Counted from the stretch's first letter, positions 39,798 through 53,945 are shown. The stretch: DNA of 64,000 nt from the human T2T-CHM13v2.0 reference genome, Homo sapiens (GCF_009914755.1 NC_060939.1); one strand, 5' to 3'. Program-made: numbers and translations. The notes: generated from the sequence alone by a model not told the origin.

Positions 39798-40640
39798 TTT
39801 AGTTTCTATAGAGAACCAAACATCTCATGATTAACTTCCATGGCTGTTGTTATAAGCTATTACCTTCTTGCTAATCAAATTGCTCCCTTACTTCTCAGGG
39901 CGAGCTAGGTGCCTGGAATTTCCCTTGAAGGAACTAAAGATTTTCCTTTATTTCCATGCTTGGTTCGGGGATAGTGCCCAGCAGGCTCCTAAGAGGGGTC
40001 CCTACTCCATCTCACCATTATCCACATCTTTGGAAAGGCTGGCCATTTAGATCCTAAAGCTAAGCTCGTGGTGGCAGCTACTTGAATGTTAGGCACAGAG
40101 CCTGGGGATGGCTTCACAAATCTAAAGCTCCAAGGTGACGGTGAATGTCTTATTAGCTGTGTGACTTTGAGGAAGGAGTTGGACTCTTTTTCACTTTTCA
40201 GCATTCCAGCAGCCCTTTGTGTATTTAATGTGCTGCACTTTAAGGTGCATTTTTTTTTCTTTCATTAATATACAAGTGACTGGTTTTGACTCATCAGATG
40301 GAAACTTCCAAGTCAGTTGCAGAGAATAATGATGGCTAGGTCATTGTTTTCAAAAAGCACAGCACAATCTCAATTCATATTTACCTCAAGTGGAGCTGAT
40401 TATAAACCAAGTTTCATTTTCTCCTGACCCCAGCTGCTGGGTCCTGAATTAGCTTTTTATTCTTCTTTCCGGGTGAAGGATTTAGGTGGAGACCTAAAGG
40501 CATCTTTAACCAAATGCATCTCATATGGTGCCTAACAAAGTCCAATATGATGCAGAACTAAAACAGAGTTGGTCAGCAGGTTACTGGATACTATAGAAAA
40601 TTGGATTAGTGAAGTGGAAATTACTCCAGCACTCAGGTGG

Positions 40641-41620
40641 TGTTATCAAATCAAACTTGAAGTCTTCTCACCTGGTGCAGTAGGACCAGCGATCCACACT
40701 GGGTTTGCAGTGGGAGAAAGGGAGGTTTTTATTTGTAGGGCACAAAGCAAGGAAGATTGGGAAGCTAATGCTTCAGTCCTGACACCCAAATCCTGGCAGC
40801 ATCTAACACCTCTTCCTTAAACTCTCCCCTAAAACACCTAATGCAAGCCGAAGTCCTATCATAGGTCTTTTCTAACACTCTCTTGCAGAGGTACCCCACA
40901 GTTCCCAGAGCGTGCAAGCTCCCTCAGAGCAAGAAGTAAACCCCACCTGTTCCACCACAGGTGTTCTGGATGGTCTTTGGCTGAGGTGTTGACACTTACA
41001 TCTCCGAATATGCTGCCAGCAAAGGCTGTTGGACAACCCGATGGGTTGCAGGTACAGGATTTTTAAAGGCAGGGGTAAATTTCAGAAAAGTAGAAGTTAC
41101 ATGTAAAGTAATAAATCAATACGTGGAAATTGCACATTGGTTTTGCCCTAAAGGGTTAAATGTCTTGAAACAGGGTCTTACAGATCAAAGGTAGATTCAA
41201 AGATTTTCCGATTTGCAATTTGTTAAGGAAGAGAAGCTTTGTTGAAAAATTTGAGGTCAGTAGAAAAGAATTAGCTCTGTTTGTGAGTATACCTTTATCC
41301 AGGCCCCTCAGGAAGTAATTTAGAAGAAAGAATAGTGGTCAGAGCTCAGTCCTCAGCTCCCCATTGCCTGGGGTCTCAGTGCCAGTGGATCCATTTGGTG
41401 GGGACCCAGGTTTCTGAAAAACAACTCAGGGATGTATGTTAGGATGTTGTTTTTAGTTTCTATAGGAGAACCAAACATGTGATTCTGGCTTCTTTAGCTA
41501 TTATTTTAAGTTACTATTACCTTCTTGCTTATCAAGTTCCTTATTTCTTTCTGAGGGCCAGCTAGGTGCCTGGAATTTCCCTTGAAGGAACTCAAGATTT
41601 TCCTTTACTTTCATGCTTAG
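40641..41620 (-). mobile_element. Second MER39 LTR (lacks the extreme 5' end), containing a ~250-bp non-MER39 insert
   Basis: Colinear with host segments of 37119-40014 (CCAGGCCCCTCAGGAAG; GCTAGGTGCCTGGAATTTCCCTTGAAGGAACT). Confidence 0.85.
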
Positions 41621-42033
41621 AGCTTACTTTCAAGCTTTCATGCTTTTTTGATCATAATTCCCAATGGATGGTCAGAATCCAACATACTTTGCTGGCAGCA
41701 GATTGGAAGTTGGAAGTGTTAATGCTCCAGCCAAAGACCACTGAGAACTCCTTTAGTGAAAAAGGTGGGGTTTGCTTCTTGCTGTGAGGGAGCTTGCACA
41801 CTGTGGGAATTATGGGGTACCTCTGTAAGATAGTGTTAGAAAGGACCTATGATAGGACTTGGGCTTGTATTCAGTGTTTTTGGGGAAAGTTTAATTAAGG
41901 AAGAGATGTTAGATGATGCCAGGAATTGGGGGTTAATTCTATGTTTGGGTATCTTAATAAATCTAATCTAGAAGGAGAGAAAACTAGGTGAGGCCAAAAC
42001 TGTAATTGGTAAAGAAGCAGTAGTCAGTCATAT

Positions 42034-42955
<922 letters not shown>

Positions 42956-43308
42956 ATATTAGCCAGAATGGGGGAATGTTAGGTCATTTTTATGATTTGA
43001 ACAGTGCTCATGTTTCGTCTGTGTTCACACATAATTATGGAGTAGTCATGTTTTTGTCTTGGTCCATCATTGGCCCTGAGTAGCCCTGTTGGATATTGAT
43101 GTTCTGTGAAGTGGTTTATGTCTAACAGAACACCAAGGCCCTGCTGTGCCAGGCCAGCTCCTGGCTGTCAGGGGCCTCTTTGCTGTTTCTCAGAAGGAAG
43201 GGCGATCCTTTTTTTCCCCTTCTGCATCTGAAGTCACCTCCAGCAAGTGGCAATAGCAGGTCCCTGCTAGGGCAGCTTCCTGGATTCTGCTCAAGCAGGG
43301 CAGAAGTT

Positions 43309-43639
<331 letters not shown>

Positions 43640-43945
43640 GCAATAGCAGCAGCAGCTCAAAGCTTGGACTCTGGCTCCAGCAGGAGCAGCCCCTGATGAC
43701 TGTAGGTCCAGAGCTCCTGCAGCTTCCACAGGAGTGCAGACTCCTGGCATCCCATAGATTGGGGCAGGCAGGAGTAGGGGTTCCATCAGCCCCAGCGATG
43801 GGCTCCGGGGAATATCAATTTTCCTTTTGCTTCCCCGGTCACATGGGTTTCACCTCAACCATCCCCTTTTGCTCTTCCATCACTGCTAACACTCTGAAAC
43901 ACCTAGAGTGGTTTCTGTTTTCCTAACTGGGCACTGATTGATAAT
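43640..43945 (+). mobile_element. Old ERVL-type LTR remnant (LTR33/LTR41-like)
   Basis: 3' CTCTGAAACACCTAGAGTGGTTTCTGTTTTCCTAACTGGGCACTGATTGATA. Confidence 0.5.
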
Positions 43946-44741
43946 GTCTCTTCATAACTAGTTCTGCCATTCAGTGTCACATGTCTGTGTCTGATTTTGT
44001 GACCTCCTAAGTGACAGAATTCGGTTATTAATGGGGTAGTTTTTACATGGAGACCTTGAAATCCAATGATATACTGCTGGAACCTGTGGATATAGTTTTG
44101 AGTCTGTGAGCTCTTAAATGGGAGGGAATGTTGTTGTAGTCCTTTGGCTTCTGATGGTTGTGTGAATGAAACAGTCATTCGCTGAGTATCTTCTGCTCAT
44201 ATTGCTTCACTTGTCATGTCTGGCATTTCTCCTTTGTGGTTGACTTTCATTGCCTGAATACACAAACAGCTCTGCACTGAGCTTATCTCAGTCACAGTTT
44301 GTGTGAAAGGCATCTGTAAAGTCTTCCCAGCCAACTTCTCCAGAGAGGCAGATGAACTGTTACTAATCTGACAGTGATCAAACTGAAAGAATAGTCATCT
44401 GCCCATGCTTGAAACTGCCTTAAGTTTTGAACTCTAACATACTCAAGAATGTATCTTTTAGTTTACCAAATAGTGTGCCAAGTAGGCCCTACTTCAAGAA
44501 AACCAAATACACAAAGATGTGTATTCTTAAAGGAATTGATTAGGATGCATATTTTAAAATTGAGGTCCCTAAGTAGGTTTAGATGACATGATGTATACCA
44601 ATGAGTTTTATATCTAAATCTCTAAAGATGTGGCTATGTTAAGAAAATCCATATAAAATGTCTTTTGTTGATGAGGGTTGGGGCTGGTGACTTTTTGAGT
44701 GACAGTGAGACGTGATAGAACTGCAGCTTCCTGGGCCCCAG

Positions 44742-45513
44742 TGTCACAGCCCAACAGGTTCTTATTGCCTGCTGCCCTGAAAAAAAACCAATTCACTGAA
44801 AACAGTAGATGTTGCAGCAAAGAAAGAGTTTAATAATTGCTCTCTAGCCAAGTGAGGAGAATGGGAGAAATTTCTCAAATCTGACTCTCCAAGAATTCAG
44901 AGGCTAGAGTTTTTAAGGGTACTTTGGTGGGCAGGGGGTTAGGGAACTGAAACCATCAAAGGGCCAGGGATGAAACCACAGGGGTATCTAAACTGTCTTC
45001 ATGCAACTGAGTTAGTTCCTGGGAGGGGGGTCTTAGGACTAGAGGCATCTCTTGGTCTGCTGAAATGCCAACTCTGAAAAATATTTCCAAGACCAGTTCT
45101 TTAGGTTTTACAATAGTGATGTTATCTATAGGAGTAGTTGGGGAAGTTATAAATTTTGCAACCTCTGGTTATGCACCTCTGGGGACAGTAAGCAACTTAC
45201 AGAAAAACAAGATAGGCAGTGGCAGGTCATTGTTTATGCCTATTCTTTAGCAAAGTTCAAGCCTCTACCATAATTCTACCTTTTCTTGTGAATGTGGCGT
45301 CAATCTCTGAACAAGAAGGGGTATCAGTTTTCCTTGTCTCAAAGTTTAACTATCAACTAAATTCTTCTCATAGTTTTCTTGGCCTCCATGCTAGAATAAG
45401 CAAAAACAAACAAACAAACAAACAGAAAAACCTTAGCCTGTGGGTTAAAAGCAAGATGGAGTCAGTCACGTTAGGTTTCTCTCATTACTTATAATTCTGC
45501 AGTGGCAGTTTCA
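44742..45513 (-). mobile_element. LTR8-family (LTR8A/B-like) solo LTR
   Basis: AAGCAAGATGGAGTCAGT...GCAGTTTCA; TSD CCAG/CCAA. Confidence 0.8.
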
Positions 45514-45764
45514 CCAAGATAGGTAGGGAAGTTGTAAAGTAAGTAGAAGGCTTATTGGTCCAAAGGAAATGGTGGAGATAGGCAGGGGTGGATGTCTTTG
45601 CCAGGGTGGAGAATTTGTAATGTGGGATGATGCAGGTAAAGAGGTTGAAGTACAGGTATGTTGAATTGAATGAAATTAACTTTTATTGTTCTAAGGTCCT
45701 CACCTTCTCTGCAGAATTTTCTGTAATCTTCCATATCTGAGACTTCTCCTCTCCTCTCCCTCCC

Positions 45765-46127
45765 TGTATTAGTCTGTTCTCACACTGCTAATAAAGACAT
45801 ATCTGAGGCTGGGTAATTTACAAAGAAAAGAGGTTTAATTGACTCACAGTTCAGCATGGCTGGGGAGTCCTCAAAATCATGGCTGGAGGCAAAGGAAGAA
45901 CAAAGGCACATCTTATGTGGTGGCAGGCAGGAGAACATGCACAGGGGAACTTCCTTTTATAAAACCACCAGATCTTGTGAGACTCATTCACTATCAGCAG
46001 AACAGCATGGGAAAACTAGCCCCCATGATTCAATTACCTCCCACTGGGTTCCTCCCATGACACATGGGGATTATGGGAGCTACAATTCCTGATGGGATTT
46101 CAGTGAGGACACAGCCAAACCATATCA
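45765..46127 (-). mobile_element. THE1 (THE1C-like) solo LTR
   Basis: TGTATTAGTC...CCAAACCATATCA; TSD CTCCC at 45760-45764 and 46128-46132. Confidence 0.92.
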
Positions 46128-46941
46128 CTCCCCAACCCTGACTCTACCGTTCAGTTCCCAGCTAGGTAGTTAGAATTGAACAGAATCCTTTAGAATTCTC
46201 CTTTCTTATCAGTGCCCCTTCTATACCCGTAATGTGTTCCTGTCTTTTCAAGGCAAATTTCAGGCAATGTCTGAAAAATGAGCTTTCTCCTTGTTTGTCT
46301 GATCAGCTTTAAATAACGGATCCACAATTTTTTGATTTATCTGTATGGGATTCTCCAGAGCCTAGCTCACTGGTAGCCTAGACTGATCAAATAAGTAGAG
46401 ATAGAAGAGAATGGAGCCCTTGTGTTTCTGGTTTTAGCAGATTCTGTTTTATTTTTATACCTGCAAACAAGTCTGCAATAGTTATTCTCTTGCCATGCAA
46501 TGAATTGGTGTTTTATAAACACCACTAATCATGCAGATAAGACCAGTCATAGGCTGTTATCTCTTTTATTCATAGAAACTTCTTGGTAATGGATAGAAAG
46601 GGCTGCATTTTCAACAGGATTATGCTAGTCTGGGAACTTTGTCAAGAATCTTCCATCAAGGCATCTTAAATCTTTTTGGTTTCCCTCTTGGGCTATTTTC
46701 TTTGGCTGTTCAATTGTCTTCAACTGCAAAAGGTTATAAATATGGTTTAATGTGAGCAAGCCCATCCTTCAGTGAATTTCCCTCGCCTCCCAACAGTAGT
46801 TTATCATCTATCCCTTTCATTCCTGCAAATGAACAGAAGATTAAGTACTGGTATGAGGACAGACTCAGCATACAAAGCAAGAGTAGACAGCCTCTCTGAG
46901 ATGCTGCGGCTTTGGGTTTCATGGTCTATATAGTTGGTTTG

Positions 46942-47822
46942 TGTTGATGCAAAAGAGTCAAACCCTGTAAGCTATTTGAAGGGATTTATTCTGTGCCAAA
47001 TATGAGTGACCAAGGCCTGAGGCACAGTCTTAAGAGGTCCTGAGAACATGCACGCCAGGTAGTTGGGTTACAGCTTGGTTTTATACAGGGGAAACATAAT
47101 ACATCAATCAATACATGTAAGGTACACATTGGTTTGGTCTGGAAAGACAGGACAACTCGAAGCAGGGGCTTACAGGTCATAGGTGGATTCAAAGATGTCC
47201 CGATTGGCAGTTGGTTGAAAGGATTAAGGTCTGCCTGAAGAGTTGAAATCAGCAGGAATAGATGTTTGTAGTTAAGTTAAGGGAGGCTGTGGAAGCCAAG
47301 GTTCTTGTTATGTAGATGAAGCCTCCAGGCAGCAAGGTTCAGTAAATGTCTCTTATCAGACTCTTAAAGGTTAAATCTCTTAGTTAAATCTCTCCTGGAT
47401 CAAGGGGAAAGACCTGGAAAAAGAAGGGGACTCTCTTCAGAATGTAAATTTTCCCCAGTGGCCCTGTAACGTTGCAGGGCTATTTCAAAATATGTCAAAT
47501 AAATATATTTTAGGGTAAAATACTTCAGTTTCTTCCGGGGACTGCTATCTGCCATGTGATGCTATGCTAGAGTCAGGTTGGAATTTGGTATCTTATTGCT
47601 ACAAAGAGACTGTTTTGTCAGTCTTAGGATCTCTGTTTTAATTTTAATGCTAGTAAGTTGTGCCTGAATTCCAAAGGAAGGAAAGTATAATGAGGCATAT
47701 TGGATGTCCCCTCTTCTTATCATGACCTGAACTAATTTTTTAGGTTTACTTTGGAATGCCCTTGGCCAAGAGGAGTCCATTCAGTCAGTTGGGGGGCTTA
47801 GAATTTTATTTTTTGGTTTATG
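46942..47822 (-). mobile_element. MER4D-like solo LTR
   Basis: TGTTGATGCAAAAGAGTCAAAC...GGGGGGCTTAGAATTTTATTTTTTGGTTTA; TSD TTTG at 46938-46941 and 47823-47826. Confidence 0.85.
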
Positions 47823-48767
47823 TTTGAGACCTTTTCTGCCTGAGGCAAGATTATTTTTTAGGATCTGTTGGGCAGGAAATTGCTTAAACTTTAGGTGGAT
47901 TCAGTTAAAAATTCCCACATGAAAAAAATGCATAAAGTCAAGATGGAAACTGACGAAATGCAAGTACATTCTCTACCATCCCCAATGTCTCTCTGCCAAA
48001 TGCCTGCCAAATTGTCTACCTGATTAACAAGGACTTGGGGGGTTAGGGATATTTCTGGATGAAGCATGGTTAATTATAAAGGCCTTCTTGTTCAAGCTAA
48101 TTTGCAAATGGACCAGGGCAAACAGGTGGATCACATTAACTCTGCTTTGGGCCATAACTCCTTTTTCAAGTTGTCCCTTGGATTCTGGACCCCAAGAAAC
48201 ACAGTCTAGGAGATGCTTCAAAGAGACTAGTGTACTTCATTCCTAGAGCAAGCTTTTTCTCTGATTCCCTATCCTGGGTTGCTGAGCAGATACATGAAGG
48301 TCTTTCTCCTCCCTAAAGACTTCACAACAAAGCCATCCTTAAATTGCTAATCTTATGTCTTCACAATGCTAGATACACTCGTAGCTTCTCATAACCTTCA
48401 GAATTCCATAAAGTCCTGAAAAAATGTCTCATCCCCAAAGCCTCAAAAGGCTCATATAAAGGGCCCTTATCAGCAGCATCCCTCTGGCCCTTTAATCCTT
48501 GTCATGCCAGGTGCAACTTCCCAGTTCTCTGATGCTGGGCCTTGACCAGGAAGGAGGAGAGGGTCTGGTCTGTCCCATGCTCCTCAGGCCACCAATTAGC
48601 ACAATGTCCCACCTCTGCTTGGTCTCCTTCTGTCTGGATAACAACTAACATTCCTTGTGTTTACCTATCTCTTTCTTGGTTACTCCCAGGGACTTCCTCT
48701 GTGATGGTTGGGAAATGAGAGTATTGTGTGGGGCCAAATTCCACTGTCATCTGGAGAGGTTAGAGTT

Positions 48768-49176
48768 TACATTAATCCATTCTCACATTGCTATAAAGAA
48801 ATACCTGAGTCTGAGTAATGTATAAGAAAATAGGTTTAATTGGCTCACGGTTCTGCAGGCTATAGAGTATCCACTTCTGGGGAGGCCTCAGGAAGTTACC
48901 ATTCATGGTGGAAGGCAAAGTGGGAGCAAGCATGTCACATGGCGAAAGCAGAAGCAAGAGAGAGAGGGAGGAGGTGCCACATACTTTTAAATGACCAGAT
49001 CTTGCAAGAACTCACTTACTATCGTAAGGACAGCACCAAGAGGATGGTGCTAAATCATTCATGAGAACTCCATCCGCATGAGCCAGTCACCTCCCACCAG
49101 GCCCCACCTCCACTCCACCACTGGGGATTACATTTCAGCATGAGACTTGGGCAGGGACACACATCTGAACTATTCA
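48768..49176 (-). mobile_element. MSTA-like MaLR solo LTR
   Basis: CATTGCTATAAAGAAATACCTGAG...CCCACCAGGCCCCACCTCC... Confidence 0.88.
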
Positions 49177-49428
49177 GGGTGCATGATTTTATGTGACATC
49201 AGAAGCCTTTCAGAGAAGGAAGGTGAGTGGTGATGGTCAGACCTGTTGTCCTGTCATCCTCTGCATCCAAGGTGAAGGGCAAAAATATGGCAGCCCTATG
49301 CTACATAGGGTTAGAGTTGGGATTATTTAACCTAGCGATTTACTCTTCTACTATGCCTCCTTTGCTTATCACTTCCAAGTCAGGTGACATACCGTATCAA
49401 AACTTACTTCATCTATTCTAGAGAAAGG

Positions 49429-49536
49429 TTTTTTTTTTTTTTTTTTTTTTTGAGACGAAGTCTCGCTCTGTCGCCCAGGCTGGAGTGCAGTGGCGCGATC
49501 TCGGCTCACTGCAAGCTCCGCCTCCCGGGTTCACGC
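49429..49536 (-). mobile_element. 5'-truncated AluY
   Basis: T-tract plus 85 bp with Y-type GCAAGCTCCG/TTCACGC; flanking AGAGAAAG at 49420-49427 and 49538-49545. Confidence 0.9.
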
Positions 49537-50588
49537 AAGAGAAAGATTTCTTTAAGTTAAAGTATAACACTCTGTAATTTGTATAAACCATGCTATGAAG
49601 ATCAGAACCCTGTTTGATAGCTTTTGGCATTCTTGGGTAACTTAAGAGTAGAGGCAGAGGCCATTAGAGATAGATATTATTGGTCATTTTGCATATTGTA
49701 TTTTAGGAGAGTTATGCAATGTCAGAAGATTTTGCAAACCCCAGAATTACAAAAACAACCCCAGTCCCACCCCACTTATTTCGCACTTTAATCCCATAAC
49801 TACTCATTTCTTTGTGTGGAGGTGGTGGAGAGAATTTACGGGGAAGTGTTAATTTGTCAGGGCTGCTTGCAGAGTGTGTTACCCAGAGCAGAACACACTG
49901 TTGCAATTGTTATTTGACTAGCTCAGATAGATGAAAAACAACCCCTCCTTTGTTCTGGAACCTAGGCTTTCATTAATGTCTCTAAAATAGCATTAACCTT
50001 TTGGCAGTCTCACTGAATTGTTAACATTGGGTTACTATCCATCATAACCTCAAAATATCTTTTGTTTAGCATTTTTATTGTTGGCGTTTGTTTTATTGTT
50101 TTTTAGTTGGTGCTCAGAGTTTGTTCCCCCTTCCTGGAATCATCTAGCTGGTCTAGATTTGGGTCAGTTTGGTAGTTTTTGCAGACCTCCAAGACTTCCA
50201 TTCAAATAGCCTCAGGTAACAAGGCCAGTTCAGGTACGTGATGTGCTCAGTGGCTCCTTCAGTCAGTGGGAGGTGGGGTCAAGACTGTGACTACTTACTG
50301 GTAGGTCTTCATGAAGCTGAGAAAACCTGGAATTAGCTGTTGGCATTGCCACTTTGGGAAGAACTAGAGGGATACCAGGGAGCAGAGATTACAGGTATTA
50401 CAGGTGTCATAAAAAAGTACAGAATATCTAAATGAACAAGATCACTCTTTTATTTGCAATTTTAGGTTGAGCCATTTTCTTGCTCACGTGGGCCTATTTT
50501 CTTTTCTACAGTGGGCCTACTTTCTAGGGTGAGGTGGATATGTCATCCTAGGTATTCAAAATAGCAAACCCTAAGTGGAGAGTGTGTG

Positions 50589-50590
<2 letters not shown>

Positions 50591-50643
<53 letters not shown>
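50591..50643. repeat. Compound (TG)n(GA)n microsatellite
   Basis: Direct reading. Confidence 0.95.
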
Positions 50644-50971
50644 ATGTGGGGAGGGATTTTCAAGTGCAGGTGTGGGGAGGGAGTTTTGAGTGTAGGTGTG
50701 TCTTATTTTTGTACTTTTACAGTCTCTAATACAGTGTCTGAAGTATGGAGAGTATTCAATAAATGCACATGTAGTGAATGATTATAAAGATGTCTCTAAC
50801 TTCAGATACAGATCTGTCACTTGCCAATTCATGCTTTAATAACTTTTTAAAATATCTACCATAGTGCATAGATTTTTAGTCTTAAATATTTTTAAAGAAG
50901 TAGTGAAGGACTCTGGTAGCAACTTAAGGCAAACGATCATCTTTAAAAATTGCATATGAACAAACCGTTCT

Positions 50972-51270
50972 TTTTTTTTTTTTTTTTTTTGAGACGGAGT
51001 CTCGCTCTTTCGCCCAGGCCAGACTGCAGTGGCGCAATCTCGGCTCGCTGCAAGCTCCGCCTCCCGGGTTCACCCATTCGCCTGCCTCAGCCTCCCGAGT
51101 AGCTGGGACTACAGGCGCCCGCCACCGCGCCGGGCCAATTTTTTGTACTTTTAGTAGAGACGGGGTTTCACCGTGTTAGCCAGGATGGTCTCGATCTCCT
51201 GACCTCATGATCCGCCCGCCTTGGCCTCCCAAAGTGCTGGGATTACAGGCGTGAGCCACCGCGCCCGGCT
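50972..51270 (-). mobile_element. Full-length AluY (CpG-rich; possibly Yk lineage)
   Basis: TSD GAACAAAC(C/T)GTTCT at 50958-50971 and 51271-51284; variant CTTTCGCCCAGGCCAGACTGCAG. Confidence 0.95.
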
Positions 51271-51589
51271 GAACAAACTGTTCTATAATGTTAAAAAGTT
51301 TTATATCATCCTTTTATTTGCTTGAATTTATTTTGCCACATCCCTTCCAATACATAATTTTAGCTTATGCTATAATACATTTTAATATTTATTGATCATG
51401 CCATCAAAATTCCCTGTATCAAAATTACGAATGGAAATTGAAATTAAACTTCTAAACAATTTCCTATGACCATAAGGCTCTAAGTGTTAAAAATTCTTCC
51501 GGATTGAATTATTAATACAATTCATTACTAGCATATATTTATTAAAAGCAACAGAGATGTATTATAAATATTGATAAGTCATTATTGAG

Positions 51590-52020
51590 TATTGTGTTAT
51601 TTACGGTAGGGATGGCTGTTTAAACAAATCCCCAATTCCAGTGGCCTAACACAATGGAAGTTTATCTCTGGCCCATTTTCCAGTCTTAGGTGGATGTTCT
51701 AGTTGGTATGTGGCTCTCTGTCCAGTGATTCGGAGACTCAAGCCTCTTTTGATTTTATGGCTTCTCCATCCTTGAGCGCCTTGTCATCTTAGCAGAATCC
51801 AGCTGGAGAAGGAAGAGGATTGTATAGGGAAGACCTTCTTAAGAGCCTTGGCCTGGAAGTTCCACCCACTGTGACTGCTTCCTTTTTATGGGTGAGAAGT
51901 AGTCACATGACCATATGACATGCCTAAGGTCACTGGGTGAGCAGCTGCTTTCTAGGGAGGACTTTCTACTATAGGATGAGGCATGGGAGCTCACAGGTGG
52001 GCAGGCAGCCAACTACAACA
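51590..52020 (-). mobile_element. Old MLT1 (I/J/K-like) LTR nested in the hAT fossil
   Basis: CAGTGGCCTAACACAATGGAAGTTTAT...GGCCTGGAAGT...AGTCACATGACC. Confidence 0.65.
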
Positions 52021-53450
52021 TAAAAGGGGAAGGTTGTTGTAAATACATTCTTTTAATGAGATGAATGCTTGCAAAAACATTATCATATTCCATTGATTAA
52101 TTTTACTTATGGCCAAAATGTAATATGATTTAGTATCTATTCTATTTTTTCATTTTTATAGATACAAATACTGAGAAACCTTGTTCTCAGAAATATGGAG
52201 GTGGGAATAGAAATTATGTTTTAGAATTGTGACTCAATTCTTGGAATTCTAAGTAATATGGCAAAAGTGATATACTTATCTATCATTATCAGTTGATGAC
52301 GTAATTAGGTCTTTCTGCAATGTTGTTGAAATCAAATAGTTGGAAAACACCTTATTTTCAAATGATGTTTCCCATTCATAAAGTGATTTCTTATTTATAT
52401 TCCTGGAACATATAACCAAAAAACTTTACCAACATGTATTAAGTGACTATTAATTATACTGTTGCCCCTTTACTCACAGGCACCATATTTAATCAATAAG
52501 AGTGGGGAAAATTAAAATTTTACTTTCAGTATGCCTTTGTCAGTCCAATATTATCAAATGTCTTAATTGTCTTGCCTGCTTTGTAAATAATTTTTATCAT
52601 TATTGAAATCTTAGAACTGCAGATTTAGCTTATTGAGTTGATGGAAAATATCTTCTATATAACCTAATGAGCAAAGCCAATTTCTTGTTGGCAAAGTATT
52701 CAGTCACATTAGGTTTACTTTCTTTATTTAATAAAACTAGAAAGGATTGACTTTATTTTTCAATATGTGTTTCAAAAAATAGTATTTTCCAAAGAACAAT
52801 TAAGGAATAACTTAAAAGCACATCTTGTAAGATATATTACTACGAGCAATCAATAATGAAGTGATATATATCTAATAATTACTCTAATATTACTGCGATG
52901 TAAAGTGTGGCTAAAATTTGTTCTTTAAGAAGCTAGGTATATGAGGCATTTATTTGAAAAATGTGTATGTATTTGTGTATTAAACAGTGGTGGCTAGCTT
53001 TTTGAAATAATTAACAAATAAGAACCATGTATAAAGTCAGAAATTATTAATCACATTAGATATACTGATCAAACTTTCCTTATGTATTTAATGAAAGTGT
53101 ATAAATGAATCAGTCTGACAGCTAGCATATAATTTTGTTTTTTCTTAAAAAGAGAGAAAAATATTAAACATTTTATAAGCTGAAATAAGGTAATGGCAGA
53201 ATAATTGGAATAAATATTTCATAATATGATGTGTTATGTGATAGGTTTTAACTATATTATTGAATGAAACACACCAAATCTGAAAGATCACAAAAGGTTT
53301 TTATCTGCAGGAATGAGTCAGTGTACACTGGAGAATTCTGGTAGCTCAGAAAACATTCTTATCATGCTTAAAAGTATCAGCATCACTAAGATGTGCAGGT
53401 CCTTGGTATATATATGTCTAAAAGCAATCACTTAAATATTGAGGGAGGGG

Positions 53451-53676
53451 CCGGATCACGAGGTCAGGAGTTCGAGACCAGCCTGACCAACATGGTGAAA
53501 ACCCGTCTGTACTAAAAATACAAAAATTAGCTGGGCGTGGTGACACACACCTGTAATCCCAGCTACTCGGGAGGCTAAGGCAGGAGAATCGCTTGAACCT
53601 GGAGGTGGAGATTGCAGTGAGCCTAGATTGTGCCATTGTACTCCAGCCTGGGCGACAGAGCGAGACTCTGTCTCAA
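53451..53676 (+). mobile_element. 5'-truncated AluS (Sg-like)
   Basis: CGGATCACGAGGTCAGGAGTTCGAGACC...GAGACTCTGTCTCAA. Confidence 0.9.
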
Positions 53677-53945
53677 CTATATATATAGAGAGAGAGTTAT
53701 ACACATATATATATAAAGAGAGTCTCAAATATATATATAGTTATATATATAGTTATATATAGTTATATATATAGTTATATATAGTTATATATGTTATATA
53801 TGGTTATATATAGTTATATATAGTTATAGTTATATATAGTTATATATATAGTTATATATAGTTATATATATGTAGTTATATATATAGTTGTATATATGTA
53901 GTTATATATATATAGTTATATATATATATAGAGAGAGAGAGAGAG
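53677..53945. repeat. (TA)n/(TATATAGT)n minisatellite-like tract replacing the Alu tail
   Basis: Repeated AGTTATATAT units flanked by (GA)n. Confidence 0.95.

Larger units (their letters stand above)
37119..40014 (-). mobile_element. MER39 solo LTR (ERV1) hosting four nested LTRs
   Basis: TGTTACCAAACC... to ...AAGAGGGGTCCCTACTCCATCTCA; 4-bp TSD CCAT at 37115-37118 and 40015-40018; host pieces rejoin colinearly with the second MER39 copy. Confidence 0.85.
50810..53420 (-). mobile_element. hAT-Charlie/Buster-type DNA transposon fossil with transposase remnants
   Basis: Reverse strand 52667-52617 translates LGYIEDIFHQLNKLNLQ, resembling the Buster/Charlie LAYLxDIFxxLNxLNLxLQG motif; PFTT remnant at about 50897-50909; boundaries approximate. 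Confidence 0.7.

Noticed and set aside
37119-41620. Two same-strand MER39 copies as paired LTRs of a provirus
   Set aside because: The first copy has its own CCAT TSD on both sides and the 626-bp gap shows no PBS, PPT or internal ERV sequence, so these are independent solo LTRs.
53677-53945. Regularly spaced repeats suggestive of a CRISPR-like array
   Set aside because: No unique spacers; it is a eukaryotic AT-rich minisatellite grown from an Alu tail.
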